Shown: one piece after another, positions 11,211-20,021 of the stretch
How positions within the stretch are numbered: position 1 is the first letter of the stretch
Layout: every line of letters begins with the position of its first letter
Assembly (NCBI GenBank): GCA_934148995.1
Contig: CAKPDM010000003.1
Location: 66,148 to 130,147 of the forward strand
Direction of reading: 5' to 3'
Length of the DNA stretch: 64,000 bases
DNA from: an uncultured Bacilli bacterium
GTDB lineage: Bacteria > Bacillota_I > Bacilli_A > RF39 > UBA660
Position numbers and translations under genes: made by a program
Notes under the pieces: model-generated
The model's database searches: none
What the model saw: only the letters and a program-made list of their open reading frames with translations
Told to the model about the DNA's origin: nothing

Positions 11211-11591
11211 ATGGAAAGACTAACCAAGCAAAAACAACTCATTTATGAAGTATTGAAGGAATGTCATTTACATCCGACACTATTAGAACTTACTGAGCTA
11301 GTCAAAGAAAAAGACTCTAATATTGGTCAAGCTACTGTTTATCGAACTATCAATAAATTAGTAGAAAAGGGTGAAGTAGCCAAACTAGTATCAGTTGATC
11401 ATAATTATCGCTACGATGTTAGCAAAGATCACTATCACTTTCAGTGTATTAACTGTGGAGTAATAGAAGATATATTTTATAGTAGTGAGGAACTAAAAAA
11501 GGTAAAAGAGTTATTTAAAAATCAAAGTGTTAACAGTATTGATTTAATTGGTTATGGTCTTTGTAAAAAATGTTCTAAGGATAATTGTTAA
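11211..11591 (+). CDS. Fur-family metalloregulator (Fur/PerR-type)
   Basis: Winged-helix QATVYRTINKLVEKGEV and two CxxC pairs (CINCG, CKKCS). Adjacent to rubrerythrin. Confidence 0.85.
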   Translation: MERLTKQKQLIYEVLKECHLHPTLLELTELVKEKDSNIGQATVYRTINKLVEKGEVAKLVSVDHNYRYDVSKDHYHFQCINCGVIEDIFYSSEELKKVKELFKNQSVNSIDLIGYGLCKKCSKDNC

Positions 11592-11609
11592 GAGAAAGAA
11601 GGTATAAAA

Positions 11610-12152
11610 ATGGAACTAAAAGGAAGTAAAACAGAACAAAACTTAATGACAGCATTCGCAGGAGAAAGTCAAGCTAGAAATAAGTATACTTACTATGCTT
11701 CAAAAGCTAGAAAAGATGGTTATGAACAAATAGCAGCTATTTTTGAAGAAACAGCTAATAATGAAAAAGAACACGCTAAACTTTGGTTTAAACAATTACA
11801 TGGTGGAGAAATTCCTGATACTATGCAAAACTTAGAAGATGCTGCCGCTGGTGAAAACTATGAATGGACAGAAATGTACAAAGAATTTGCTGAAGTTGCT
11901 CGTCAAGAAGGGTTTGACAGAATAGCATATTTATTTGAAAGTGTTGGAAAAATTGAAGCAGAACACGAAAAAAGATATTTAACTCTATTAAGAAATGTTA
12001 AAGATGATAAAGTATTCCATAAAGATGGGGATAAGATTTGGATTTGTCGTAATTGTGGACATGTTTATGTTGGAAAAGATGCTTTAGATGTATGTCCAGT
12101 ATGTAATCATAAACAAAGTTTTATGGAAGTAAAAGCTGAAAATTACGAATAA
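11610..12152 (+). CDS. rbr: rubrerythrin
   Basis: Diiron ExxH motifs (EKEHAKLW, EAEHEKRY) and a C-terminal rubredoxin-like CRNCG...CPVCN. Confidence 0.9.
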   Translation: MELKGSKTEQNLMTAFAGESQARNKYTYYASKARKDGYEQIAAIFEETANNEKEHAKLWFKQLHGGEIPDTMQNLEDAAAGENYEWTEMYKEFAEVARQEGFDRIAYLFESVGKIEAEHEKRYLTLLRNVKDDKVFHKDGDKIWICRNCGHVYVGKDALDVCPVCNHKQSFMEVKAENYE

Positions 12153-12156
12153 TCAT

Positions 12157-12343
12157 AAAAAATTAAATTTTTTAAAAAATGGTGATTTTGCAAATTCAGG
12201 TCTAAATTTTCCTGAAAATAGCAAATTCCATAGCTGAAAATGCTAAATTCAGCAAAAAAGAAGGGTGAATTTTAAAAATTCGGTGTTTGCTCTTCTTTTT
12301 TATATGTGTTAGATTAAGTCTCACCGAAGGGAGGTGAGAAAAT
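12157..12343 (+). repeat. conserved leader of the Rpn-like element (copy 1), carrying GCAAATTC-type iterated motifs
   Basis: Blocks are shared with the reverse complement of 53268-53460: AAAAAATTAAATTT, GCAAATTCAGG, GGGTGAATTT, TGTTAGATTAA, GAAGGGAGGTGA. Confidence 0.6.
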
Positions 12344-13273
12344 ATTGTAAATTTAGATAATGGTAGAGTTTTAAAGTTAAAAGAAAAACTCTTAAGAGAA
12401 CATAAGGTTATACCAGCTACCCAAGACTCTGTCTTTAAGATAGTGATGGCTTCTTGTCCTAATTATCTTTCTTTTCTAATTAGTGAGTTTACGGGTGTAT
12501 CAAAAGAAGATATTAAACGTAAATTAGCGATTAAGAATAATGAACTTAATCTAAGTAATGCTAAAGAAAAAAGAAAAATCTCTGATTTTATTGCTGGTAT
12601 TGATAAGTTATTAGTTAATATCGAAATGAATGGCAAATATTATGAATGGTTATTCATGCGAAATGATGCTTATCTAGGAAAGATTGAAGGAGAAAGTTTA
12701 AACTCTGGCAATGACTATAGTACACTTTACTCGTTTTTACAGATTAATCTAAATAATTTTACTTATTTTAAAGGTAATGATTCAGCATTAGAATTTGTTT
12801 ATACTGATAAAAAAAGTAAACAAATTGAAACGGAAAAAGTTAAAAAATATCATATCAGTCTTCCAAAATTAGCTAAGAAATATTATAATGGAGCTAGATT
12901 AAGTAAGCTTGAAAAAGCGTTACTTATACTAAAAATTGATAAGATTAGTGATCTAGAAAAATTAGGGAAAGGAGATAATGACTTGATGGAAGCAGTAGGA
13001 AGAATAAAAGAAGCTTCTCTTGATATTAATACGATTGGACTTTACGATGCTGATTTAGAGCGCGAAAGAATTGAAAATGGTATTAGAAGTATATCATTTA
13101 AAGCTGGAATTGAACGTGGACTTGAACAGGGACTTGAACGCGGACTTGAGCAAGGAAGTACAAAAGAAAGAATTTCTATAATTAGTGCAATGCTTAATAA
13201 TGGAATAAGTCAGGAAGAAGTTACTAAAATGACTGGTATACCAATAAAAGAAGTAAAAGCGATAAAACTTTAG
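12344..13273 (+). CDS. Rpn/YhgA-like PD-(D/E)XK nuclease-family protein (putative transposase-like), copy 1
   Basis: About 60 percent identical by eye to the paralog at 52353-53267. Homology (KVIPATQDSVFKIVMASCP) extends upstream of the tracked GTG 12443 to an ATT at 12344, which lies 7 nt after GGAGGTG. No canonical start occurs in that stretch. Motifs SDFIA...IEMN. C-terminal HTH-like tail ISIISAMLNNGISQEEVTKMTGIP. Confidence 0.6.
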   Translation: MVNLDNGRVLKLKEKLLREHKVIPATQDSVFKIVMASCPNYLSFLISEFTGVSKEDIKRKLAIKNNELNLSNAKEKRKISDFIAGIDKLLVNIEMNGKYYEWLFMRNDAYLGKIEGESLNSGNDYSTLYSFLQINLNNFTYFKGNDSALEFVYTDKKSKQIETEKVKKYHISLPKLAKKYYNGARLSKLEKALLILKIDKISDLEKLGKGDNDLMEAVGRIKEASLDINTIGLYDADLERERIENGIRSISFKAGIERGLEQGLERGLEQGSTKERISIISAMLNNGISQEEVTKMTGIPIKEVKAIKL

Positions 13274-13439
13274 GTTTTATCCTTTTCTATTGGGCAAAGA
13301 TATAACGGGAAAAGCTAAAATTTAAGTAGCTATTAGCAAAAACAAACAAAATAATACTATAATTGTAAGTAGTCTACTTATATTAAAAGTTGATAAAATT
13401 AGTGATTTAGAAGAATTAGGGAAAGGAGATAATGACTTG

Positions 13440-13730
13440 ATGAAAACAGTAGGAAGAATAAAAGAAGCTTCTCTTGATATTAATACGATTGGACTTTACG
13501 ATGCTGATTTAGAGCGCGAAAGAATTGAAAATGGTATTAGAAGTATATCATTTAAAGCTGGAATTGAACGTGGACTTGAACAGGGACTTGAATGCGGACT
13601 TGAGCAAGGAAGTACAAAAGAAAGAATTTCTATAATTAGCGCAATGCTTAATAATGGAATAAGTCAAGAAGAAGTTACTAAAATGACTGGTATACCAATA
13701 AAAGAAGTAAAAGCGATAAGAATTAACTAA
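13440..13730 (+). CDS. stand-alone Rpn C-terminal-domain ORF (partial tandem duplicate of 12986-13273)
   Basis: 13373-13730 is nearly identical to 12921-13273; one difference is ERG to ECG. It has its own AAAGGAGA SD followed by TTG-ATG. It could be a gene fragment or an expressed small protein. Confidence 0.45.
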   Translation: MKTVGRIKEASLDINTIGLYDADLERERIENGIRSISFKAGIERGLEQGLECGLEQGSTKERISIISAMLNNGISQEEVTKMTGIPIKEVKAIRIN

Positions 13731-13734
13731 AACC

Positions 13735-14553
13735 TTACCGCTTTTTATAAATCATTACTCCAGCTTTACTATCATCAAAGTTATAAATTTCCGTATTTGG
13801 AAAATTTAAAGTTTGAAAGATATTAGTATTATAAAGATAAGTCAATATTTCTCCATCATTATTTAATGGTAGAGTAGATAGCAATCTTCTATAACTATCT
13901 TTAGAGTTGTAATACATAATAGAAGAAAGATTAACTAAATCATAACCAGTTTTTAAACTATCAGCAAGCTTAAAAATATCACCTGTTAAATAAGTAATAT
14001 TAACACTACTAATCTTTTCTTGTAGTTTTTGGTAATTAACACTATTTTGAAGATAGATATTTTCACCTTTAATCTGAGTAGTAGAAAAAGGTTCACTAGA
14101 AAATAAAGTAGAATCTCTTAAATCACTATAATCAAAATAATTAAGTAAACTATCCCAAAATAGCCTTGTATCCCTATCTAAATTAGGACAAACCATATCA
14201 TACATATCATCATAATCTAAGTCATCAACATCTTGATAGAAAAATTTCATAAACTCTTCCAAAGAAAAACATTGTAAAGCAGCTATCTGTAAATTCAAAT
14301 AATACTTTGGAAAAGTACTTATATCAAAACCAGTAACATCATTACTACCAGCAAAAATACTATCTAAAATTTGATTACCAGAAGCGATTACAGAAAGAAC
14401 TTTATCCCTACCATTAAGTAAAAACTGGTACTTGCTAATCTCTTCATTAGTAGTTCTATAGATAAAAGAACTATTGTGGTAAGGAGAAGAAGTGACATTT
14501 TTTTTCTTCCTACTCACTATTTCTTGAGCCATTTTTATATCATCATAAAGCAT
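13735..14553 (-). CDS. DUF3419/BtaA-like SAM-dependent methyltransferase-fold protein
   Basis: VLSVIASGNQILDSI...VTGFDIS...YLNLQIAAL resembles the DUF3419 N-terminal SAM-binding region. Recognition is weak. Confidence 0.4.
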   Translation of the reverse strand: MLYDDIKMAQEIVSRKKKNVTSSPYHNSSFIYRTTNEEISKYQFLLNGRDKVLSVIASGNQILDSIFAGSNDVTGFDISTFPKYYLNLQIAALQCFSLEEFMKFFYQDVDDLDYDDMYDMVCPNLDRDTRLFWDSLLNYFDYSDLRDSTLFSSEPFSTTQIKGENIYLQNSVNYQKLQEKISSVNITYLTGDIFKLADSLKTGYDLVNLSSIMYYNSKDSYRRLLSTLPLNNDGEILTYLYNTNIFQTLNFPNTEIYNFDDSKAGVMIYKKR

Positions 14554-14594
14554 TGTAACCCTTCTTTCAATAGTGACTATTCTAACATTAATAA

Positions 14595-14636
14595 AAGAAA
14601 AAATCTATAAAGAACATTTGTACTCTTTATAGATTT
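14595..14636 (-). terminator. rho-independent terminator after the LCP gene
   Basis: Stem ATCTATAAAG / CTTTATAGAT, followed by a T-run on the minus strand. Confidence 0.6.
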
Positions 14637-14652
14637 TCTAACTTATTAATAA

Positions 14653-16698
14653 CTATTCACTAGGTTGATTATTATCTTTTTCTTCGGTTTTACTATCAGT
14701 TTCCGTATTCTTATTATCATCTTTAGAAGTATCAGTTTTATCATCACTCTTACTATCATCAGGAACAGTTGGTACTATATCACTCTTATTATTATCTTTT
14801 ACTGTGCTACCACCATTACTAGTAGTAGTGTTATCTTTAACTGTTGTATTTGATTTACTATCAGTAACAGTAGAAGATTCACTGCTACCACCAGATAAAG
14901 TAAGAACAACAGAACCACTAATTAAATCAATACGTTTATTAGCTGGATAACTTTGTGCAATTACATGACCAGAATTACCTTTAAAAGTAACTCTTACGCC
15001 ATTCCTAGTAGCCCAAGCTTGAGCAGTTGCCATCGTATCTCCAGTAAAATCAGGAAGAAGAGTGTACTTAAAAGCAGTTTTATAAGGACCAGTACCAGTT
15101 ACAACCTTTTCATAAGGAGTATTAATAGAGAAAGAAAACTCTTTAATCATCGTTGGGTCTTTCTTTCCAAGATTAACCTTCATTGCATTGATAATATCTT
15201 TTCTACTTTCCTTATTAGGAATATAATCCCAAAGAACAAGTCTACTTCGCTCATCATAAATCATTTGACCAGTACCAGATAAGAATAACTGTTCAATATT
15301 AAGTAAATCAGCATCATCTTTCTGTAAGGCATTATTAGTAATATCTTTAGCAATATCGTAGAAAGATAAAATTTGTTTTGTCGTAAAGTTAGTATCTAAG
15401 TTATTAGAAATAGCATCTAAAACACCCATTACTTGACTAACACTAGACATATCTTTAACTTTATTAATAAGTCCTTGAATAACAATCTGTTGATTAAGCC
15501 CACGGTCCAAATCACCATTGGCAAGTTGTTTTCTATTTCTAGCAAGAACTAAAGCTTGCTCACCATTTAAATGTTGTAAACCTTGTTTAATACAAATATA
15601 ACCTTCACGATTAGAATCATCAGTACATAAGTCTTTTGGGACTTCAACATCAATTCCACCTAAAGTATTAACTAAAGACACAAGTCCACGGAAGTTAATC
15701 TTCGCATAATAATCAATCTTAACATCAAAATAATTTTCAATCGTACTCATCATACAGTCAGTACCATAAGCAGCTGCATGTGTAATTTTATTTTCTGGAG
15801 TACCACTCCAACAAGAGATTGGTACATAACTATCTCTTGGAATACTAAGCATCGTCGCATTTAAAGTCTTAGGATTAAAAGTAATAAGTATCAAAGAATC
15901 ACCATTTGCAACGGTATTCTTAGATAACCCTTCATCAGTTGAATCAACACCCATTAACAAAATAGTAAACGGTTCACTAATACTCTTACCAGTAGAAGCA
16001 GTTTCTCTTTTACTAGTAGAACTCTTCAATAATTTCTTTTCTTTAGTATAAATAATCTTTGTATCTGTTGCTATATTTTGATAGGTTTCAATACTTTGGA
16101 ACAGACTAGGGTAGTCAGTAGTAATAAAAATAGCATTAATAGTACCATCATATAAATCAGCAATCATTGTACTATAGTCATCATACTTCTTAATCGTATT
16201 ATCACTATCTAAATCATTCTCCTTAATAATTAACTTTGGAATAATATAACCATCGGGAGAAGTCTTATCATTAAGTAAACCAATCTTTGCACTCTTAACA
16301 TCACTAATACTAGTTATACTACTATTCGCCATAGTAACTAAACTGCTAGAATAAGTTACATAAGTTTTATTAACATTTTCAAGTTTGCCATATAAATACA
16401 TAATGACAACACCAATAAACAAACTAAGTAACAAATAAAGTATTAAGAAGAAAGTAAGTAACTTCGCTTTATTTTCCTTCTTCTTTCGCTTCTTTTTCAT
16501 CTTCAAAAAGAAAATTAAATCAATTAATAAAAATACCCCAATAACAATATATCTGATAACTTCTTCAACGGGACCTAATAAATTAATTTCATAGATAGCA
16601 AAAAAGTTCGCAAATAAAGTTATTAAAGTTAAAATAAGTAACCAAAGCCGATACTTTTTCTTCTTTTTTTTCTTGGCTTTTTTTTCATCAATTTCCAT
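14653..16698 (-). CDS. LytR-CpsA-Psr (LCP) family cell-wall glycopolymer ligase with C-terminal PASTA-like domain and Ser/Thr/Asp/Lys-rich tail
   Basis: LCP core LLMGVDS...GDSLILITFNP...LSIPRDSYV...INFRGLVSLVNTLGGIDVEVP. TM helices. GGAGGAAAAGTGT-ATG favours a start at 16698 (MEIDEKK). Confidence 0.85.
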   Translation of the reverse strand: MEIDEKKAKKKKKKKYRLWLLILTLITLFANFFAIYEINLLGPVEEVIRYIVIGVFLLIDLIFFLKMKKKRKKKENKAKLLTFFLILYLLLSLFIGVVIMYLYGKLENVNKTYVTYSSSLVTMANSSITSISDVKSAKIGLLNDKTSPDGYIIPKLIIKENDLDSDNTIKKYDDYSTMIADLYDGTINAIFITTDYPSLFQSIETYQNIATDTKIIYTKEKKLLKSSTSKRETASTGKSISEPFTILLMGVDSTDEGLSKNTVANGDSLILITFNPKTLNATMLSIPRDSYVPISCWSGTPENKITHAAAYGTDCMMSTIENYFDVKIDYYAKINFRGLVSLVNTLGGIDVEVPKDLCTDDSNREGYICIKQGLQHLNGEQALVLARNRKQLANGDLDRGLNQQIVIQGLINKVKDMSSVSQVMGVLDAISNNLDTNFTTKQILSFYDIAKDITNNALQKDDADLLNIEQLFLSGTGQMIYDERSRLVLWDYIPNKESRKDIINAMKVNLGKKDPTMIKEFSFSINTPYEKVVTGTGPYKTAFKYTLLPDFTGDTMATAQAWATRNGVRVTFKGNSGHVIAQSYPANKRIDLISGSVVLTLSGGSSESSTVTDSKSNTTVKDNTTTSNGGSTVKDNNKSDIVPTVPDDSKSDDKTDTSKDDNKNTETDSKTEEKDNNQPSE

Positions 16699-16870
16699 AC
16701 ACTTTTCCTCCACTTATACCCTATAATTATAGCTAATTTTTTCAATACTTTCAACAAACCACCCTAAATAACAGTAAAATCTAGTGTAAAGTTTCATACA
16801 AAATATGAGCAAATAAGACAAATATCATTTATTTAATGATATAATCAAGATACTAGAGGAGGTGCCTTTA

Positions 16871-18679
16871 ATGAAAAGATGGAGTAAATTATCAATTTTC
16901 ATCTTAGTATTATTATTTATGACGCCTACTGTTTCTGCTAAAGAGTATATCGTTTTAAACACACCTAAAGCCTTTAAAGATAAACCAAGTGGTAGTAGAA
17001 TTACCTCTATTGGAGATGAAGGAGTCTTACCAACTCTTAGTAAAGTAGTAGTGCTTGATAAAAATAATAAAAGTGGATATGGTTGTAAATCTGCTTGGTA
17101 TAAAGTATCTTATCAAGATGTTATTGGTTATATTTGTTCAAGTGACCAAGTAATAAAGGAAGAAGTAGAAGTTGATACTGATGGCGACTTTGAAAAGGAA
17201 ATGTTAAGTAAAGGTTTCAATGAAAGCTATTTATCATCACTAAAAAGTCTTCATGAGAAACATCCAAACTGGATATTTAATGCCGTTAAGACTAATCTGG
17301 ATTATAATGATGCCATTACTAATGAAACGATTGGAGAAATATCATTAGTAAATGGAACAGATGAAACTTTAAGAAAGAAAGACGACTATGGAAACTATAT
17401 CGAGTCAGTTAAAGAAAAAGGCTGGTATCAAGCAAGTTCTAGTGCTGTCGGTTATTATATGGACCCTAGAAACTTCTTAACCGAAGAAGGAGTCTTTATG
17501 TTTGAAAACTTACAATATAATAAAGAAATTCAAACGAAAGATGCCCTAAAAAGTATTTTAAAAAACACTTTTATGGATAATGATGAATATGTAAATTACT
17601 TTATGAAAGCAGCTGATAAATCAGGAGCCAGTCCTACATATCTTGCTAGTCGTGTAAGACAAGAAAAAGGTGCAAATGGTTCAACTGGTGTTGATGGTGC
17701 TAAGTTTACTTTTGCTAAAGATAATGAATGTGCTAATCGTTATCGTAATAATGATAACTGGACAATACTTAATAACTGTGGAAATAATCAAGAATATAGT
17801 GGCATTTATAACTTTTATAATATTGGTGCTTATGGAACTTACCAAAGTCCTGTTATTAGAGGCCTAATCTGGGCAAATGGAGGTTATGATGCTAGTGTTA
17901 CTAGTTATATGCGACCTTGGGATAGTAAAGAAAAAGCTATTATCGGTGGAGCCCTTTATATTGTTAATGGTTATATAAATGCTAATCAACATACGCTTTA
18001 CTTCCAAAAATTTAATGTTAGTCCTTCAGCTTTAAACTCCACTTATACGCATCAATATATGTCTAATATTAAAGCCCCAGCCAGCGAAGCCTTATCAATC
18101 TATAAAGGCTATAAGAGTAATGACTTATTAGATAAAACCTATGAATTTTTAATACCAGTTTATGAAAAGATGCCAGGAGTAAGTGAAAGTCCTAAGACTG
18201 ATGATGATAAACCAGTAACACCTCCAGAAGAAGTACCTGTAATTAAGATAGATGATGCTATCATTGCAAGTAGTTATCGCTTAAATAGTAATTACATTTC
18301 TGGAATAGAAGTAAATACCTCTAAGACTAATCTAGAAAATAAATTAAAAACAATCTATGAAGGCTTATCAGTTGTTAGTGTCAAAGATAAATATGGCAAC
18401 AATAAAAATGATGCCTTAGCAACAAATGATGTAATTACTATCTCTAACTCTAAAGATACAAAAGAATATACGGTCGTTATTTATGGTGATAATAATGGTG
18501 ATGGAACAACTAGTATCATTGACTTATTAAGAATTCAAAAGTATCTACTTGGTAATAACAACTTAACCGATGCTGAATTAATCGCTAGTGATTTAGATAA
18601 AGACGGTTTAATAACTGTAGTAGATTTATTAAGAATGCAAAAAAGTTTATTAGGATATAGTAAAATAGAACAGAAATGA
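16871..18679 (+). CDS. secreted SH3b / glucosaminidase-like peptidoglycan hydrolase with C-terminal dockerin module
   Basis: Signal peptide MKRWSKLSIFILVLLFMTPTVSA. SH3b-like WYKVSYQDVIGYICS. Central ASPTYLASRVRQEKG region. Two Ca-binding dockerin repeats: DNNGDGTTSIIDLLRIQKYLLG and DLDKDGLITVVDLLRMQKSLLG. Confidence 0.7.
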   Translation: MKRWSKLSIFILVLLFMTPTVSAKEYIVLNTPKAFKDKPSGSRITSIGDEGVLPTLSKVVVLDKNNKSGYGCKSAWYKVSYQDVIGYICSSDQVIKEEVEVDTDGDFEKEMLSKGFNESYLSSLKSLHEKHPNWIFNAVKTNLDYNDAITNETIGEISLVNGTDETLRKKDDYGNYIESVKEKGWYQASSSAVGYYMDPRNFLTEEGVFMFENLQYNKEIQTKDALKSILKNTFMDNDEYVNYFMKAADKSGASPTYLASRVRQEKGANGSTGVDGAKFTFAKDNECANRYRNNDNWTILNNCGNNQEYSGIYNFYNIGAYGTYQSPVIRGLIWANGGYDASVTSYMRPWDSKEKAIIGGALYIVNGYINANQHTLYFQKFNVSPSALNSTYTHQYMSNIKAPASEALSIYKGYKSNDLLDKTYEFLIPVYEKMPGVSESPKTDDDKPVTPPEEVPVIKIDDAIIASSYRLNSNYISGIEVNTSKTNLENKLKTIYEGLSVVSVKDKYGNNKNDALATNDVITISNSKDTKEYTVVIYGDNNGDGTTSIIDLLRIQKYLLGNNNLTDAELIASDLDKDGLITVVDLLRMQKSLLGYSKIEQK

Positions 18680-18689
18680 GATGATTTAA

Positions 18690-20021
18690 ATGTCTAAAAA
18701 GAAAATATTTGTCTTCCTTCTTTCCTTTTTCTTTTTTTGTGGGGTAGAAGAAGTAAGTGCAGCGACGATTAGTGTAGCTGGAACAACAAGTAGTGGTGTT
18801 GTTGGGGGAACAGTTACTGTCAATGTCACTGTTAATGAACCATCAGGACTAGGAGCTTGGGAGTTCAATGTCGCTTATGATAGTGATATTTTAACTCTTA
18901 CTAGTGGACAAACTCACGTTGTAGATTATGTTCAAAGTCCAGGACAAACAAGAAAAACTTATTCTTATAAGTTCAATATTAAAAAAGAAGGAAATGCTAG
19001 TGTTTCTATCGCTTCTTCAAATTTCGTTTCTTATGATGAACAAACAAGAACAGCTCCTAAGGACTCTACTACTATCAACTGTACTAAAAGAGAAACTGTC
19101 ATCGCTAATTATAGTAGCAATAATAACTTAGCTTCCCTTGGTGTAAAAGATTACCAGATATCTCCTACCTTCAATAAAAATACTCTTAACTATACCCTAG
19201 AAGTAGAACATGATGTCGAAAAAATAACTATCGAAGGAAGCAAAGAAGACTCTAAAAGTAGAGTTACTGGTCTTGGTGAAAAAGAAGTTCACGAAGGAGC
19301 TAACGCTTTCGATATTACTGTTACCGCCGAAAATGGTGCTACTAAAACTTATCACTTAACCGTAACAGTCAAAGAACTAGACCCTATAACCGTTAAAGTC
19401 GATAAAAAAGAAATGACTCTTATTCAACAAGAAAAAGAACTAGAAGGAAAAGTACCAGCTCACTTTGAAAAAACAACAGTAAAAGTAAATGATAAAGATG
19501 TTCTAGCTTATGAAAATAAGACCTTAAAATTAAAAATAGTTGCTCTAAAAGATGATAAAGGTAATATCGATTTCTATGAATATCAAGATAATAACTATAA
19601 ACTATATAATCAAATAAGTAGTGGAAATGTCACAATTCATATCTTAACAGATGAAAAACAAATACCTAAAAACTATAAATTTTACAAATTAAAAATAGAT
19701 AATAAAGAATATATTGGATATAAACTAAATAAGAAAGATGACTTTTTCCTAATTTATGGAGAAAATGTTGAAACTGGTAGAAAAAGTTTATATAATTATG
19801 ATGAGGTAGAAAAAACTGTTCAAAGATATAATAAGGTAGATACTAAAAATAGTGTTAATAACAGTAACCAAGAAAAGTATATTATCTTAGGTTTATTAGG
19901 ACTAGTTTTATTACTTCTTATCATCTTACTAGGACTATTAAATAACAATAAATCTAGTAAGAAGAGACCAAAAATCAAAAAGAGAATTGGAGAAAGAAAC
20001 AATGGACAGAAAGAATTCTAA
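18690..20021 (+). CDS. membrane-anchored cohesin-like / cadherin-like beta-sandwich protein
   Basis: Signal peptide. Cohesin-like GGTVTVNVTVNEPSGLGAWEFNVAYDSDILTL. Cadherin-like-sandwich motif NNNLASLGVKDYQISPTFNKNTLNYTLEV...TYHLTVT. C-terminal TM helix plus a basic tail. Confidence 0.6.
   Translation: MSKKKIFVFLLSFFFFCGVEEVSAATISVAGTTSSGVVGGTVTVNVTVNEPSGLGAWEFNVAYDSDILTLTSGQTHVVDYVQSPGQTRKTYSYKFNIKKEGNASVSIASSNFVSYDEQTRTAPKDSTTINCTKRETVIANYSSNNNLASLGVKDYQISPTFNKNTLNYTLEVEHDVEKITIEGSKEDSKSRVTGLGEKEVHEGANAFDITVTAENGATKTYHLTVTVKELDPITVKVDKKEMTLIQQEKELEGKVPAHFEKTTVKVNDKDVLAYENKTLKLKIVALKDDKGNIDFYEYQDNNYKLYNQISSGNVTIHILTDEKQIPKNYKFYKLKIDNKEYIGYKLNKKDDFFLIYGENVETGRKSLYNYDEVEKTVQRYNKVDTKNSVNNSNQEKYIILGLLGLVLLLLIILLGLLNNNKSSKKRPKIKKRIGERNNGQKEF

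Noticed and set aside
13100-13150. Short tandem nucleotide repeat (GGACTTGAAC-type units) that could be mistaken for a micro-array or CRISPR-like repeat.
   Set aside because: It is in frame within the Rpn-like gene and encodes ERGLEQGLERGLEQG. There are no spacers of unique sequence and only 3-4 units, so it is a coding peptide repeat.
16664-16685. Two 8-nt homopolymer runs (A8 on the coding strand) in the first 20 codons of the LCP gene, considered as slipped-strand phase-variation sites.
   Set aside because: They encode a Lys-rich cytoplasmic N-terminus (KKAKKKKKKKYR), which is common in AT-rich genomes. Nothing in a single sequence shows length variation.
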